From a virus, in IMG/VR virus record IMGVR_UViG_3300042691_012617, positions 104,427 to 168,426 of that record: a stretch of 64,000 nucleotides of DNA. One strand, written 5' to 3'. Every line of letters begins with the position of its first letter. Position 1 is the first letter of the stretch. The translations under genes and the position numbers were made by a program. Below the pieces are notes generated by a model, which saw only the letters and a program-made list of their open reading frames with translations, did no database searches and had not been told where the DNA came from. Below are positions 38,113 through 47,476 of this stretch, piece by piece.

Positions 38113-38715
38113 TCATTGTACAGATCTGAACCATGCAGTCATAAAGGAATCCGCTTCCTGATATGACTCAAACACGAATGGCTTGCCCTTCATCTTGCTG
38201 TAGAACTGGCTCACCTTCATCGGCTTGAAGTCTCCGACAGAGACCTCTTTCCCCATGCCTGGAAACTCTACTGCATTTCCATCCTCATCCTTGCCTTGTG
38301 TGCCGATCAGCATGCCCTTGCCATCGAACGACTTGTACAACACGGAGTCTTGGTTGTACTTCGATCCCAACTTCTTTAGCATGCCCTTCAACTTACCGCT
38401 GTCATCGCCTTTGTCTCCAATGACGAGAAACGCCTGTTCCTTCACATCCTTGGATACCTCGGAGCCGTACCCTTCGATGTAATGTCCTTCGACCTTGTAG
38501 AAGCCAAACCCCGCAGAACGAATCTCTGCTTGGAGTTGTGCATTCCGCTTCTTGTTCTCGGACACAGGATAGCGACCGCGATAGGCGGTGATGATCCCGA
38601 TGTTGCGCTCCTGCGTGTGCTGCCACAGGCGAACGAGCGATGCCTCGTCAAGGATCTGCATGCTGCTTACTTCATTTGCAGTCTCTGTGAGATTCTTTAG
38701 GGTGTCCTTGTCCAT
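38113..38715 (-). CDS. conserved hypothetical phage protein
   Basis: EASLVRL, GIITAYR, VEGHYIE, KYNQDSVL. Confidence 0.72.
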   Translation of the reverse strand: MDKDTLKNLTETANEVSSMQILDEASLVRLWQHTQERNIGIITAYRGRYPVSENKKRNAQLQAEIRSAGFGFYKVEGHYIEGYGSEVSKDVKEQAFLVIGDKGDDSGKLKGMLKKLGSKYNQDSVLYKSFDGKGMLIGTQGKDEDGNAVEFPGMGKEVSVGDFKPMKVSQFYSKMKGKPFVFESYQEADSFMTAWFRSVQ

Positions 38716-38725
38716 GCTGCGCCTT

Positions 38726-39253
38726 TCAGTAACCCAACTTCTTTAGCGCAGCAATTGTCTCTGCCGCACTCTTGTGCTTGATCCCGATGCCACCACGGGC
38801 TTCCCATTCCTTGATGTTCTTTCCCCAATCATCGATGAGGATGTTGGGAACTCCCTTGGTGACAGCGTAGTCCTTCTTCTGATCCCGCAGGAGAACATGG
38901 CTCTTGGCGGGAAGGGGGCGAAGGTTCTTTTCGATCCACTTCATCTTGTCCTGCTTGGATTTTGACTGCCACGATGTCGTGTGAGCGGACAGGATGTTGG
39001 GATCGTGCTTGGAGATGTATGCCCACAACTGCTTGCCGTCCTTCATCCAAGGAAGTTCCGCAAACAGGTGCGGGTGTTCCTTGTCGATGCGAGGCTTGAG
39101 TGGATTGACATACGAGTCAAAGTTCTTGTTGTTCAGGTCTTTGATACCATAAAGGTTGGCGATGCCGCCGATGATGTCCACCAAGACACCGTCCATGTCG
39201 CAGTAGATCTCGCCCTTGACGGCTTCGTTGATGTGGTGGAGGAATGACTTCAT
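38726..39253 (-). CDS. HAD-family 5'(3')-nucleotidase-like phosphatase with capsid-targeting-like leader
   Basis: MKSFLHHINEA; IYCDMDGVLVD, ILIDD..NI.EW..GGIGI.H; CTAAATA at 39261-39267. Confidence 0.85.
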   Translation of the reverse strand: MKSFLHHINEAVKGEIYCDMDGVLVDIIGGIANLYGIKDLNNKNFDSYVNPLKPRIDKEHPHLFAELPWMKDGKQLWAYISKHDPNILSAHTTSWQSKSKQDKMKWIEKNLRPLPAKSHVLLRDQKKDYAVTKGVPNILIDDWGKNIKEWEARGGIGIKHKSAAETIAALKKLGY

Positions 39254-39273
39254 GACCTGATATTTAGTCGAAA

Positions 39274-39346
39274 TGCTCTCGGTGGGGTTCGAACCCACGA
39301 CTCTCAGATTAAAAGTCTGATACTCTACCAACTGAGTTACGAGAGC
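39274..39346 (-). tRNA. tRNA-Lys(UUU)
   Basis: TCAGA-CT-TTT-AA-TCTGA cloverleaf. Confidence 0.93.
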
Positions 39347-39349
39347 GTA

Positions 39350-39423
39350 CATCCCCGACAGGATTCGAACCTGTAACCAACGGATTAGAAATCCGTTGCG
39401 CTATCCTATTGCGCCACGGGGAC
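39350..39423 (-). tRNA. tRNA-Arg(UCU)
   Basis: ACGGA-TT-TCT-AA-TCCGT cloverleaf. Confidence 0.93.
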
Positions 39424-39431
39424 AGGTTGAC

Positions 39432-39773
39432 TCAGTACTCTCGTTTCCACTTGATCACGGTGCCGATGTTGAAGGAACGCCATGCTTCCTTCTCCAAGTC
39501 CCAAATGGAAATATTGCTTTGGGGCTTGGGCTTCCGCTGCGGAGGGGCAGACGGATCGGTCGGCGGTACAGCGTCAGGATTGGCGGTGTCCACCTTGACG
39601 GATTCCTGCACGGGCAGAAGACTCTGCGCGAGGGTGCATCGCATCGTCCGTTCGGTTCCATCCGTCTTGGTGAAGATCACCGTGCAGATGCCGCCTCGGA
39701 GACCGTCAAGGATCTCACGGCGGTAGGTTTCTTGTGCGGGGGTGAGGGCGATAGGTGCTTGGGTGTTGCTCAT
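39432..39773 (-). CDS. DUF2693/WYL_2-like SH3-fold protein
   Basis: FTKTDGTERTMRCTL..WDLEKEAWRSF; sigma70-like promoter at 39781-39808. Confidence 0.8.
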   Translation of the reverse strand: MSNTQAPIALTPAQETYRREILDGLRGGICTVIFTKTDGTERTMRCTLAQSLLPVQESVKVDTANPDAVPPTDPSAPPQRKPKPQSNISIWDLEKEAWRSFNIGTVIKWKREY

Positions 39774-39791
39774 ATCGAAAATCTTACCACA

Positions 39792-40310
39792 TTACTCAGA
39801 CTTGTCAAGACCCAAATCGCCAAACGGATCAGAATCGTTCTCGTTGGGTGGGGGAGCGTCCTGCCACTCTCCTTCTAGGTCGCCGCCGAAGTTATTCGGA
39901 CTGATCGGGAACTTGATCTCCCCATCCTGCGGCGGGGGGAACTTCATGTTCATCAAATCATTGATCATCTTATTGAAGAAATCGTGCATCTCTTCAGGAG
40001 AACCATGAAAGAACCCGTGCATGATGTTCTGATCAGCCTCAGCCAACTTTCCCAAGTCCTTCTTGGTTGGGCTTCGCAGGGTTCCCATCTTTTCGAAGTT
40101 GCGAATGTCGTTCGCAGAGATCACCTTACGCATGTCCATGCAGAGGGCATGGAGTTCCTTGAGGTCAACGACCCCCGAGTCTTTGCCTTCCTTGGTGAGG
40201 ACACGCAGCGTCATTTCGACTACCCGTAGGTACTCCATGAGTTGCTGCTTCTCGCGCAGGAGGGCGGCGTTCTGAGTGATGAGCGACTTGACTAGGCGTG
40301 GTTTGAGCAT
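39792..40310 (-). CDS. hypothetical early protein
   Basis: ORF after TTGACA-N17-TAGTAT (40317-40345). Confidence 0.65.
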   Translation of the reverse strand: MLKPRLVKSLITQNAALLREKQQLMEYLRVVEMTLRVLTKEGKDSGVVDLKELHALCMDMRKVISANDIRNFEKMGTLRSPTKKDLGKLAEADQNIMHGFFHGSPEEMHDFFNKMINDLMNMKFPPPQDGEIKFPISPNNFGGDLEGEWQDAPPPNENDSDPFGDLGLDKSE

Positions 40311-40341
40311 TCCCAAATACTACCTCATGTTAGATGACTTG

Positions 40342-41403
40342 TCAACCCCGAACGCCCAAAGCCTTCAAAGTTGTTGGGTGAACTTGCGTCCCGCCGCCCG
40401 ATGCAATCGCAGAAAGGGCAGCGGTCTGCGCCTTTTCAGGAGTAATGTCGGGAGTGGGAGCATACTTCTTAATGTAGTCCATAATAGCAACCAAAGACTC
40501 GCGGTTGATCTCGCGGCTTCCTGCCTTCTTGACACGGAAGTACTTGAAGTCCATGATTGCAACGCCTTTGAGATCGTGATTCAAGGCAATCGTCTTACCA
40601 CGGTTTGTGCCCGACTGATAAGTGTACTCACCGCCCTTCTTGATTTCAATGGTGTTCGCCTTGCCGCCGAGAATGACAGCGATATCGCCATTGATACCGA
40701 GAGAAGGATAGGTGCGGAACATGATGTCCTGCATGGTTCCTGCTGCACCACGATGTGTCTTAAAGAGAATGTCGGTGGGCACAACGCGACCACGGGTGAG
40801 GTTCTGCTGAAGGGCGATCTGATAGTCCGTGAGAATCCATACGATATGGATGTTCTCAGGCTGATAGCCACCCTGCTTGAGGAACTGGAGGACACCCTGC
40901 TCCCCGCCCATTTCTCCGACAAGCGCACCCATGTCCTTTAGAGTCATGTCGAACATGACATTCGGAAGTTGTGACCGAGTCTTATCCGCAAAGAATGTCA
41001 TAAGTTGCTTCTGATCCAAACCAAGACCCTTGACCGCCATGTGCAATTTGCCTGTGTCGTTCGGATCCTTGAGATCAAGTGTACGAAGCAGAGGGATGAC
41101 ATCCTTGATCGACTGTGCCTTTGGAAGATCCATCTTGGCGGATGCAATCGCATCGCGCATCTTGAGGAGCGCGTCCTTGATGTCATCGGGATTGAAGATC
41201 TTGAACTTATCTCCCTGCATGAGATTCATTGCAGCGAACGACTTGCCCGATCCTGCTCCACCCGCAAGGATGACTGCATTGCCATAGTTGCCGCCCTTGC
41301 CAAGGATCAGCAACTTCTCCTCTAGGTACTTCTGAATCTCTTCGTAGAGGGGGGCGTTCTCTTCCTGAATGTGTTCGTCGCGCAGTTGGAAAAAGGTCTT
41401 CAT
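40342..41403 (-). CDS. zeta-toxin-like P-loop kinase with capsid-targeting-like leader
   Basis: MKTFFQL..LEE; ILAGGAGSGKSF, NPDD, FDMT, ALQQNLTRGRVVP; ATAAATA at 41413-41419. Confidence 0.72.
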   Translation of the reverse strand: MKTFFQLRDEHIQEENAPLYEEIQKYLEEKLLILGKGGNYGNAVILAGGAGSGKSFAAMNLMQGDKFKIFNPDDIKDALLKMRDAIASAKMDLPKAQSIKDVIPLLRTLDLKDPNDTGKLHMAVKGLGLDQKQLMTFFADKTRSQLPNVMFDMTLKDMGALVGEMGGEQGVLQFLKQGGYQPENIHIVWILTDYQIALQQNLTRGRVVPTDILFKTHRGAAGTMQDIMFRTYPSLGINGDIAVILGGKANTIEIKKGGEYTYQSGTNRGKTIALNHDLKGVAIMDFKYFRVKKAGSREINRESLVAIMDYIKKYAPTPDITPEKAQTAALSAIASGGGTQVHPTTLKALGVRG

Positions 41404-41415
41404 GGCATTTCCTAT

Positions 41416-41598
41416 TTATGGTCTCGTACTAATGGTTGTCTTCTGTGCCGAGTGGGGTGCCATCACCGTATTGTTCGGGATCGCATTGCTCTTGGGCTTC
41501 CCGCCCTTCTTCAAGGACTTCTGTTGCATGATGTAATCGTCCATTCCCTTGCGGAACTGAAACCAATCCTTGCCGCGTTGAATGATGTCTTCTTTCAT
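41416..41598 (-). CDS. small hypothetical protein
   Basis: 60-aa ORF, ATGA-coupled. Confidence 0.5.
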   Translation of the reverse strand: MKEDIIQRGKDWFQFRKGMDDYIMQQKSLKKGGKPKSNAIPNNTVMAPHSAQKTTISTRP

Positions 41599-42524
41599 AC
41601 GGGCAACTTTGGATCAGGACTCATGAAATTGTTCTTCTTCATGGCGGTCATCATCACCATCTTCTTCATCTTGCCATCCCAATCAAGAGTGAACGGCATG
41701 TTGAGACTCTTACTCACATCAAGAATGATCGCCTTCCAATCGACGGGGTGATCCTTGATCTTCTGTGCATGCTTCTCATATGTCTTGCGGAAGGCATCCT
41801 GAATCTCAGGAATCGTGACCGTGCCACCATAGCCACGACTGCCGTTGATGCGTTCCCAAAAGTGTCGGGTGAAGGCGATGTCCAACTTTGCCGATGCGAA
41901 CATGGCATCAAGGACAGACTCAAGTCGCTTCAGGTCATTCCATGCCACGGGCGTGTGCGCCTGCGGCTGCACATACGAGTGCCCCCGCGCATACCCGTGA
42001 CCCGTGGTCGGGCGACCCGTGACGATGCCTTCGCTGACATCCTCTGTGAAGAACGACATGAGTTTGGGGGAGACGCGAACCTTGCGCTTCCCGATCTTGC
42101 GGGTGCTGCTGATGAAGGTGGTCTCTTCCAATTTCTCGTCCAAGTCCCACGGACCATAGTGTCCCGTGCTTCTCAACTTGCGAGTCATCTCAATGTAGGT
42201 GTATGTCTTGTATGCACCCTTCTCGTTCGGTTTGATCTTTCCGATTGCGTAGTAGACACGCTTGTCAATTCGGATGTCATTGCCATTCGATTGATCGATC
42301 ACCATGTCACCGTCCTCCACCCATGCGTGGGGAAATCGTAGCCCTGCCACAGATCCCTGCCCATACACCAAGGCATGGACGAGGACGGGCTTGCCTGAGG
42401 TGGACTTGATCGGTTTGCCGAAGAAGGCTGAGTTGAAGCGCATCATGAGATTTACTGCGGCTGTCATACAGTCGCCATCTCCATCGTGTCGCTCCGTTAG
42501 ATATTGATTGAAAGACTTGGTCAT
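41595..42524 (-). CDS. two-domain hypothetical protein with capsid-targeting-like leader
   Basis: MTKSFNQYLTE; GDC..HAWVE..ID (Cys-His-Asp, transglutaminase-like) then FTRHFWERIN domain. Confidence 0.7.
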   Translation of the reverse strand: MTKSFNQYLTERHDGDGDCMTAAVNLMMRFNSAFFGKPIKSTSGKPVLVHALVYGQGSVAGLRFPHAWVEDGDMVIDQSNGNDIRIDKRVYYAIGKIKPNEKGAYKTYTYIEMTRKLRSTGHYGPWDLDEKLEETTFISSTRKIGKRKVRVSPKLMSFFTEDVSEGIVTGRPTTGHGYARGHSYVQPQAHTPVAWNDLKRLESVLDAMFASAKLDIAFTRHFWERINGSRGYGGTVTIPEIQDAFRKTYEKHAQKIKDHPVDWKAIILDVSKSLNMPFTLDWDGKMKKMVMMTAMKKNNFMSPDPKLPV

Positions 42525-42823
42525 CTATTCCTCGACTGCCAATCAGGAGTGATTGGAATACTCTTATCGCTCACGGCTCTCTTGCTCTGCGCTCCTGCCG
42601 CCTTGAGCCATTGCAGGACATGTGTTCTTCGCGTGGTCGCTTCGACTGCATTGGTGACTTCCCAAGGCCCCATTTGATCCTTGTCATCTGCCCAAGTTTC
42701 AACATCGAAATCTGTGGGAACTTGGTCAACTGCAAAGTTTGCACCGTCATAGCCTACTGCCCTTGTGTAGACCATGTTGGCGGTGCTATTGCTCTCATGG
42801 ATGTACTGCTTGAAGGACTTCAT
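42521..42823 (-). CDS. hypothetical protein with capsid-targeting-like leader
   Basis: MKSFKQYIHES; CTAAATA at 42830-42836. Confidence 0.7.
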   Translation of the reverse strand: MKSFKQYIHESNSTANMVYTRAVGYDGANFAVDQVPTDFDVETWADDKDQMGPWEVTNAVEATTRRTHVLQWLKAAGAQSKRAVSDKSIPITPDWQSRNR

Positions 42824-42840
42824 GTCCTTTATTTAGCCGT

Positions 42841-42873
42841 AAAAGAAAGAGGGAGACCCGAAGGTCTCCCCCT
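42841..42873 (-). terminator. rho-independent terminator
   Basis: GGGAGACC-TTCG-GGTCTCCC then TCTTTCTTTT. Confidence 0.85.
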
Positions 42874-42900
42874 ATCCAATGTATGAAATGTTTTACCGAC

Positions 42901-43059
42901 TCACTTGGTCAGCGTGGTGACGGCGGCTTGCACCGTCTCCCAAGCCACCACAAGACCCTTCAGGGCGAAGGGGAGGATGGCAAGGAACAGAACCGCATGA
43001 ATCGGGTTCTTCCAGCAGAAACCACAGCCAGTAACGGGGCACTTGTTGTTAGCACTCAT
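42901..43059 (-). CDS. small membrane protein
   Basis: AAGGAG RBS; CPVTGCGFC then hydrophobic helix. Confidence 0.6.
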   Translation of the reverse strand: MSANNKCPVTGCGFCWKNPIHAVLFLAILPFALKGLVVAWETVQAAVTTLTK

Positions 43060-43103
43060 TTTCGTTTTCTCCTTTGTAGAAATTGGAAAGTACATTACAA
43101 ACC

Positions 43104-43886
43104 TCAGAACTTGATGCCGACTCCGAAGGTGACGATTGCGTCAGCCTCAGGGGTGGCGACATCCTGCGACACAGGGACAAGCACCCCTGCATTCAGATCA
43201 ATGTTCGACGCGACATGCCAGTTGGCGACAGGACCAAGGAACAGTTGGTTCTCACCGCTGTTCACATAGTAGACCTGATCGAACTGTACGCCAAGGTCGA
43301 ACGAATTCCACTTGTAGGAAAGGTCGGTGCCGAGCGTAACGACATCGGAGTCTGTCTTGGCACCGAGCCAAGTGATATACGACTCCCCGCCGTCGAAACG
43401 ATATTCGGCAGTCTGCTTGAAGTCGAAGACCCACAACTTGCAGTCGAACGCCGCGTTGATGTACGGGTTGACATTCGCGTTACGGAAATACTCCGAACCC
43501 ACAGGCAGATACACACCGCCGCCAAGAGCCAAATCCCACTTACCGATGACATCGTTGTTTCCTCCGATGAAGTCCCACGAACCGCCGAGGCTGATGTTGC
43601 TCACGGTTGTGTTGTCATCCTGCGAGTACACAGGAATGTTGAGATCAAGGCTGATGTCCTTGGTGAGGTCAACGCCGAGAGTCGAGTTGAAGGCGAACAG
43701 AGTGCTGCCCGAACCCTTGAAGGTGTGGATGTCAACGGATTCGCTGAGGTACCACTTCAGGTCAGACACCGCGCTGATTGCGGGTTCTGCCTGAGGAGCC
43801 GCCGTCTGTGCCTGAGCAACAGCAGCGGTGGAGATGAGAGCAGCAGCAGCCACACTCGTTCCGATCTTACTAGTCATGTTTGTCAT
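43104..43886 (-). CDS. outer-membrane beta-barrel protein
   Basis: Signal peptide (AAAALISTAAVA), alternating amphipathic strands, C-terminal VTFGVGIKF beta-signal. Confidence 0.8.
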   Translation of the reverse strand: MTNMTSKIGTSVAAAALISTAAVAQAQTAAPQAEPAISAVSDLKWYLSESVDIHTFKGSGSTLFAFNSTLGVDLTKDISLDLNIPVYSQDDNTTVSNISLGGSWDFIGGNNDVIGKWDLALGGGVYLPVGSEYFRNANVNPYINAAFDCKLWVFDFKQTAEYRFDGGESYITWLGAKTDSDVVTLGTDLSYKWNSFDLGVQFDQVYYVNSGENQLFLGPVANWHVASNIDLNAGVLVPVSQDVATPEADAIVTFGVGIKF

Positions 43887-43988
43887 TCCTATCTTTCTCC
43901 TTTGCACCGCCCGTTCATTCGGGAGGTGCGGATACTTATACCTGATGATGGTGAACCTGAGCGCAATCTTAACCAACTCCAATCAAGT

Positions 43989-44022
43989 GAAAAGAGAAAC
44001 CCCCACCACAGAGCGGCAGGGG
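43989..44022 (-). terminator. rho-independent terminator
   Basis: CCCCTGCC..GGTGGGGG then TTTCTCTTTT. Confidence 0.6.
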
Positions 44023-44060
44023 CTTATCTTTCTTTCGGACTTGACCGCTTTCTTTTCTGC

Positions 44061-47000
44061 TTAGGTCAGAACTCTGTCCTTGATCAATGCTTCGATGGTG
44101 GTCGCATCGACATTTCTGACAGCCGTTCTGTACCCGATGGCTTGGTGAACGAGATCCACTTTGCCCTTCGCGTTGGTGGCTACCTTATAGTTCTCACCCT
44201 TCACCACGCTGCCGCTCATCATACTCTTGCTCTGAAGCGCACGGAGTCTTTGACCGACATAGACCATCTTCGATCCTTGTACCGCGACACGATCCTGCTC
44301 TTCGATCACTTCACCATCGATCTCTGTGATCTCAGATACGGTTCCCTTATCTACTAGTTTCTTCCAAATCTCCCATGCCTTCCCCTGCTGCGTTTTGGCT
44401 CTTGTGTACATGCTCTTCAAGTTTTTATAGGATGGAACTGCTCCTTCAAACGGAGGAACCGCTCCTGTTGCCTTGTACCAAGTCCTCAGATCATTCTCAC
44501 TTGGAACACCCTTCGCCTCTGTGACATCGATTTCTACACTCTCTGCCTTCACATACTTGACATGGTTGCGGATCGCCCACTTCTCCATCACGGGCTTGCC
44601 GTCCGCACCTTCATCAACGGCGATGTAGCAGACGGTTCCCTTGACATTGGCTGATCTCCATTGCTCCTTGCGGTCCCCACCATAGGAGACGCAGACTTCG
44701 TGCGGGAGACCATGGCTCTTGCCCCATGAGTCGGTTGAGTTGCGGTACTCAAACCGCTTCTTATAAGTTGCCTCCGTGAAGGCACCGACGATTCCCTTCG
44801 TGTCCAAGGGAGCGTATGCTTCTGTGAATGATTCGAACACAGCCTTGATCTTAGAGTTGTTGCGATCCTCAGGCTTGAGGAATTCACGAACTCCCTTAAG
44901 AACATGTGCAACCATGTTCTTCGGTTCTCCACGCAGGAAGTCGGTTAGCCCGTCGATCATTTCCCACACAGGGCCTGAGTCACCGTTCGGAACTTTCATA
45001 GTTCCATTGAGACCACCCTTCTTATATGCCTTCTCTAGGTCATCGATCAAACCATCGGCATCCGTCTTGGTCAGGGAGTCTGTTCCCTTCCACCACACCT
45101 CGCTGATGTCGAATGATTCGACCATCGACATGCCGTGCTTGTCCATCCACATGGCGACAGCCTTGAGCAACTGACGAGGAGCGAAACGCATTTCCTTGTC
45201 ACCGACGAAGCGTGTCGTGCTGTCGGGGAAGGCAGTCAGAACCAACTTTGGATTACCCTGCTGCTTCGTGTTGAAGAAGACCTTATGTGGTGCAATCGAT
45301 GTGCGGGTGTTCTTCTTGGCGGGTTCTTCGATGAAGCCTACCTCGCCCTTGTTTTGAACGCTGATGAGCCAACCCTTGAGACTGCCCTCCACGAACGAAG
45401 TGAAGCGATACTTGCCGATGACCTGTTGGGCTTCGGTCAGTTCCTCGCCGTCCTCTTCGACGCTCTCGCCCCAACTCTTGTTGACGAAGGCAGCGGCTTC
45501 TCTCTCGCTATTCATATCCTTGACCCACTTGCCGCTCATCGTATAGATTCCGATGATTCTCTTGGAGTCACGCTTGCCAGGACCCGTGAGATATTTTACC
45601 TTTGCCTCTTCGATATCTACTTCTTCCTTCTGCACCTTCTGCTTGGGAACGAGTACGCTTGCAGGCTCACCGACATCGACCACATAGCCACCGCCATGCT
45701 GCCGTGCCTTGTCCGTGCCGCCGTCATCGTAACGGACGATCTTGCCGCTGACCATCTTGCCCTTATGCGGAACCTTGACCTTGTCGCCCGCCTTGAACTG
45801 TTCAGCGACTTCGACTTCTTCCTTGATGGCGACCACGGTGACCTCGCCGCCCGACCAACTTCCCTTGGAGCCGACCTTGGCTTCAGGCTTCTTGGTGAGT
45901 CCCTTGGTGAGAGAAGCGAAGTCGCTAGGAGCATACACCTTGATCGACATGCTCTCGGGACTCTTCTCCTTGGTGACAACCAACACGCTGCCCGTGGGCT
46001 TGCCCTCAAGAGACTTCTTGGCAGCACGAAGAGAACTGACCATGGAGGATCCGCCGATAGGATCGTCCTTGACCATCTTCTCGGCACCCGCCATCATGCG
46101 GACACCTTCTTCAACATTTTCAACTTCTTCCTTCACTCCTGCGTTTCTCTTCGCAGCGGCGATGGCTTCGTCCCTAGTGGCATATCTGCCGATCACCGTT
46201 CCCTTGCGACCATCGGGGAAGCGGACACTACCTTGGCTGTAACTTAGTTGGTACAACACGAACTTGCCGCTATCTCGGTCGAGGCGAAACCCATAGGTGC
46301 CGATGTTCAAGTTCTCCTCGTTGACCTCGACCTCTTCCTTAGTTCCAAGATATTTGACTTCGTTCTTGTGCTTGGCGATGTCATATCTCGGATTGCTACC
46401 GACATTCACCATCAGAGCGTCTGAGCCAACCTTGACCACGACTCCACGACGAGGCTTGCCGTTGACCATGGTCTGCACGGCATCACCAACACGGAACTGA
46501 TGTGTATCGGTTGCCTCTGCAACCTCGACGCTCTCACCGTGGAATGTGTTGAACATCATCTCTAGTGCAGCGATGTCCGACTCCCGTGACTTGTCGCCCA
46601 TGGCAGGAGCGACCTTGTTCTTGTCTAGGAGTTGCTTGAGTTCCTTGCGAACGGGATCGGTCTTGGACAATCCCTTCATCTCTGCTGCCTTGAGTTTGGC
46701 ACCGTACTTGCGACTGATCTCCGCAACCACAGCCTTGGGCAGACCTTCGACCCAATCCTCCATGGCTGCTTTGACTGCGCCCTCTGTGATGTACTCTTCG
46801 TGAAGCGATTCAAGCATGAGGAACAGATGCGACTCTTTGTCCAAGCCCTCTGTCTTGAGCATGCTGAAGTCAACGGTGACGATGGCATTGGTTCCCGCAG
46901 GAGCCTTGACCTTGTCGAACGATGTGTTGATCGACGCGGGTGAACCCGTGGCTTGACGCTTGGTCAGACCGTTGAAGGTGATGATGAAGTCCCGTGCCTT

Positions 47001-47264
47001 CGCAGCGTTAGCGAAGTACAGCATCATCTTCTTGTCGCTGACTTCCATCTTGTTGATGCCCTTTTCGAAACCCATCTTTTGGATGAGTTGACGCATCTTG
47101 GCTTCGAACTGCTGCTTGCTGTAGCCGAACATCGCGCCGCCCCCGCCTGTGGCGAACAGGGGTGCTTCGTTGATCGCCTTCGCCATCTGCTCGTTCTTAG
47201 AGGTGGCGGCACCGCCGAACTTGGCGGCTTCTGCGAGGATTCGTCTTTGGAATTCGTTCATCAT
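44061..47264 (-). CDS. large modular polyprotein with repeated acidic E-x-V-E-x-x-E linkers
   Basis: 1067 aa from ATG 47264 (AGGAG RBS, CTAAATA at 47290-47296); KOW/SH3-like modules FRVGDAV, FKAGDKV. Confidence 0.8.
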   Translation of the reverse strand: MMNEFQRRILAEAAKFGGAATSKNEQMAKAINEAPLFATGGGGAMFGYSKQQFEAKMRQLIQKMGFEKGINKMEVSDKKMMLYFANAAKARDFIITFNGLTKRQATGSPASINTSFDKVKAPAGTNAIVTVDFSMLKTEGLDKESHLFLMLESLHEEYITEGAVKAAMEDWVEGLPKAVVAEISRKYGAKLKAAEMKGLSKTDPVRKELKQLLDKNKVAPAMGDKSRESDIAALEMMFNTFHGESVEVAEATDTHQFRVGDAVQTMVNGKPRRGVVVKVGSDALMVNVGSNPRYDIAKHKNEVKYLGTKEEVEVNEENLNIGTYGFRLDRDSGKFVLYQLSYSQGSVRFPDGRKGTVIGRYATRDEAIAAAKRNAGVKEEVENVEEGVRMMAGAEKMVKDDPIGGSSMVSSLRAAKKSLEGKPTGSVLVVTKEKSPESMSIKVYAPSDFASLTKGLTKKPEAKVGSKGSWSGGEVTVVAIKEEVEVAEQFKAGDKVKVPHKGKMVSGKIVRYDDGGTDKARQHGGGYVVDVGEPASVLVPKQKVQKEEVDIEEAKVKYLTGPGKRDSKRIIGIYTMSGKWVKDMNSEREAAAFVNKSWGESVEEDGEELTEAQQVIGKYRFTSFVEGSLKGWLISVQNKGEVGFIEEPAKKNTRTSIAPHKVFFNTKQQGNPKLVLTAFPDSTTRFVGDKEMRFAPRQLLKAVAMWMDKHGMSMVESFDISEVWWKGTDSLTKTDADGLIDDLEKAYKKGGLNGTMKVPNGDSGPVWEMIDGLTDFLRGEPKNMVAHVLKGVREFLKPEDRNNSKIKAVFESFTEAYAPLDTKGIVGAFTEATYKKRFEYRNSTDSWGKSHGLPHEVCVSYGGDRKEQWRSANVKGTVCYIAVDEGADGKPVMEKWAIRNHVKYVKAESVEIDVTEAKGVPSENDLRTWYKATGAVPPFEGAVPSYKNLKSMYTRAKTQQGKAWEIWKKLVDKGTVSEITEIDGEVIEEQDRVAVQGSKMVYVGQRLRALQSKSMMSGSVVKGENYKVATNAKGKVDLVHQAIGYRTAVRNVDATTIEALIKDRVLT

Positions 47265-47309
47265 AGGGTTAATGCTCCTGAGTAAGGAGTATTTAGCCTT
47301 TGACAAACG

Positions 47310-47425
47310 GGGAAAGAGAAAGAGTGGGGAACCTGTTCAACCACCCACGGCTGCTAATCGTGCAACCTTGCTCCTGTCTTAGTACCCCCGCTAGTGGGGC
47401 GCAGGACGGCTTTACTAGACGGATG
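47310..47425 (-). ncRNA. candidate small structured RNA
   Basis: Promoter TTGACA-N16-TATAGT (47428-47455), nested hairpins, terminator-like GTGGG..CCCAC-TCTTTCTCTTT; no credible ORF. Confidence 0.45.
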
Positions 47426-47476
47426 TAACTATACAGCGACGAAAGTTGCTGTCAAGAACCTTGTCGAAAGATTCTT

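Noticed and set aside
43083-44357. 424-aa plus-strand ORF
   Set aside because: Antisense shadow of the beta-barrel gene and polyprotein end; crosses a terminator; no recognisable motifs.
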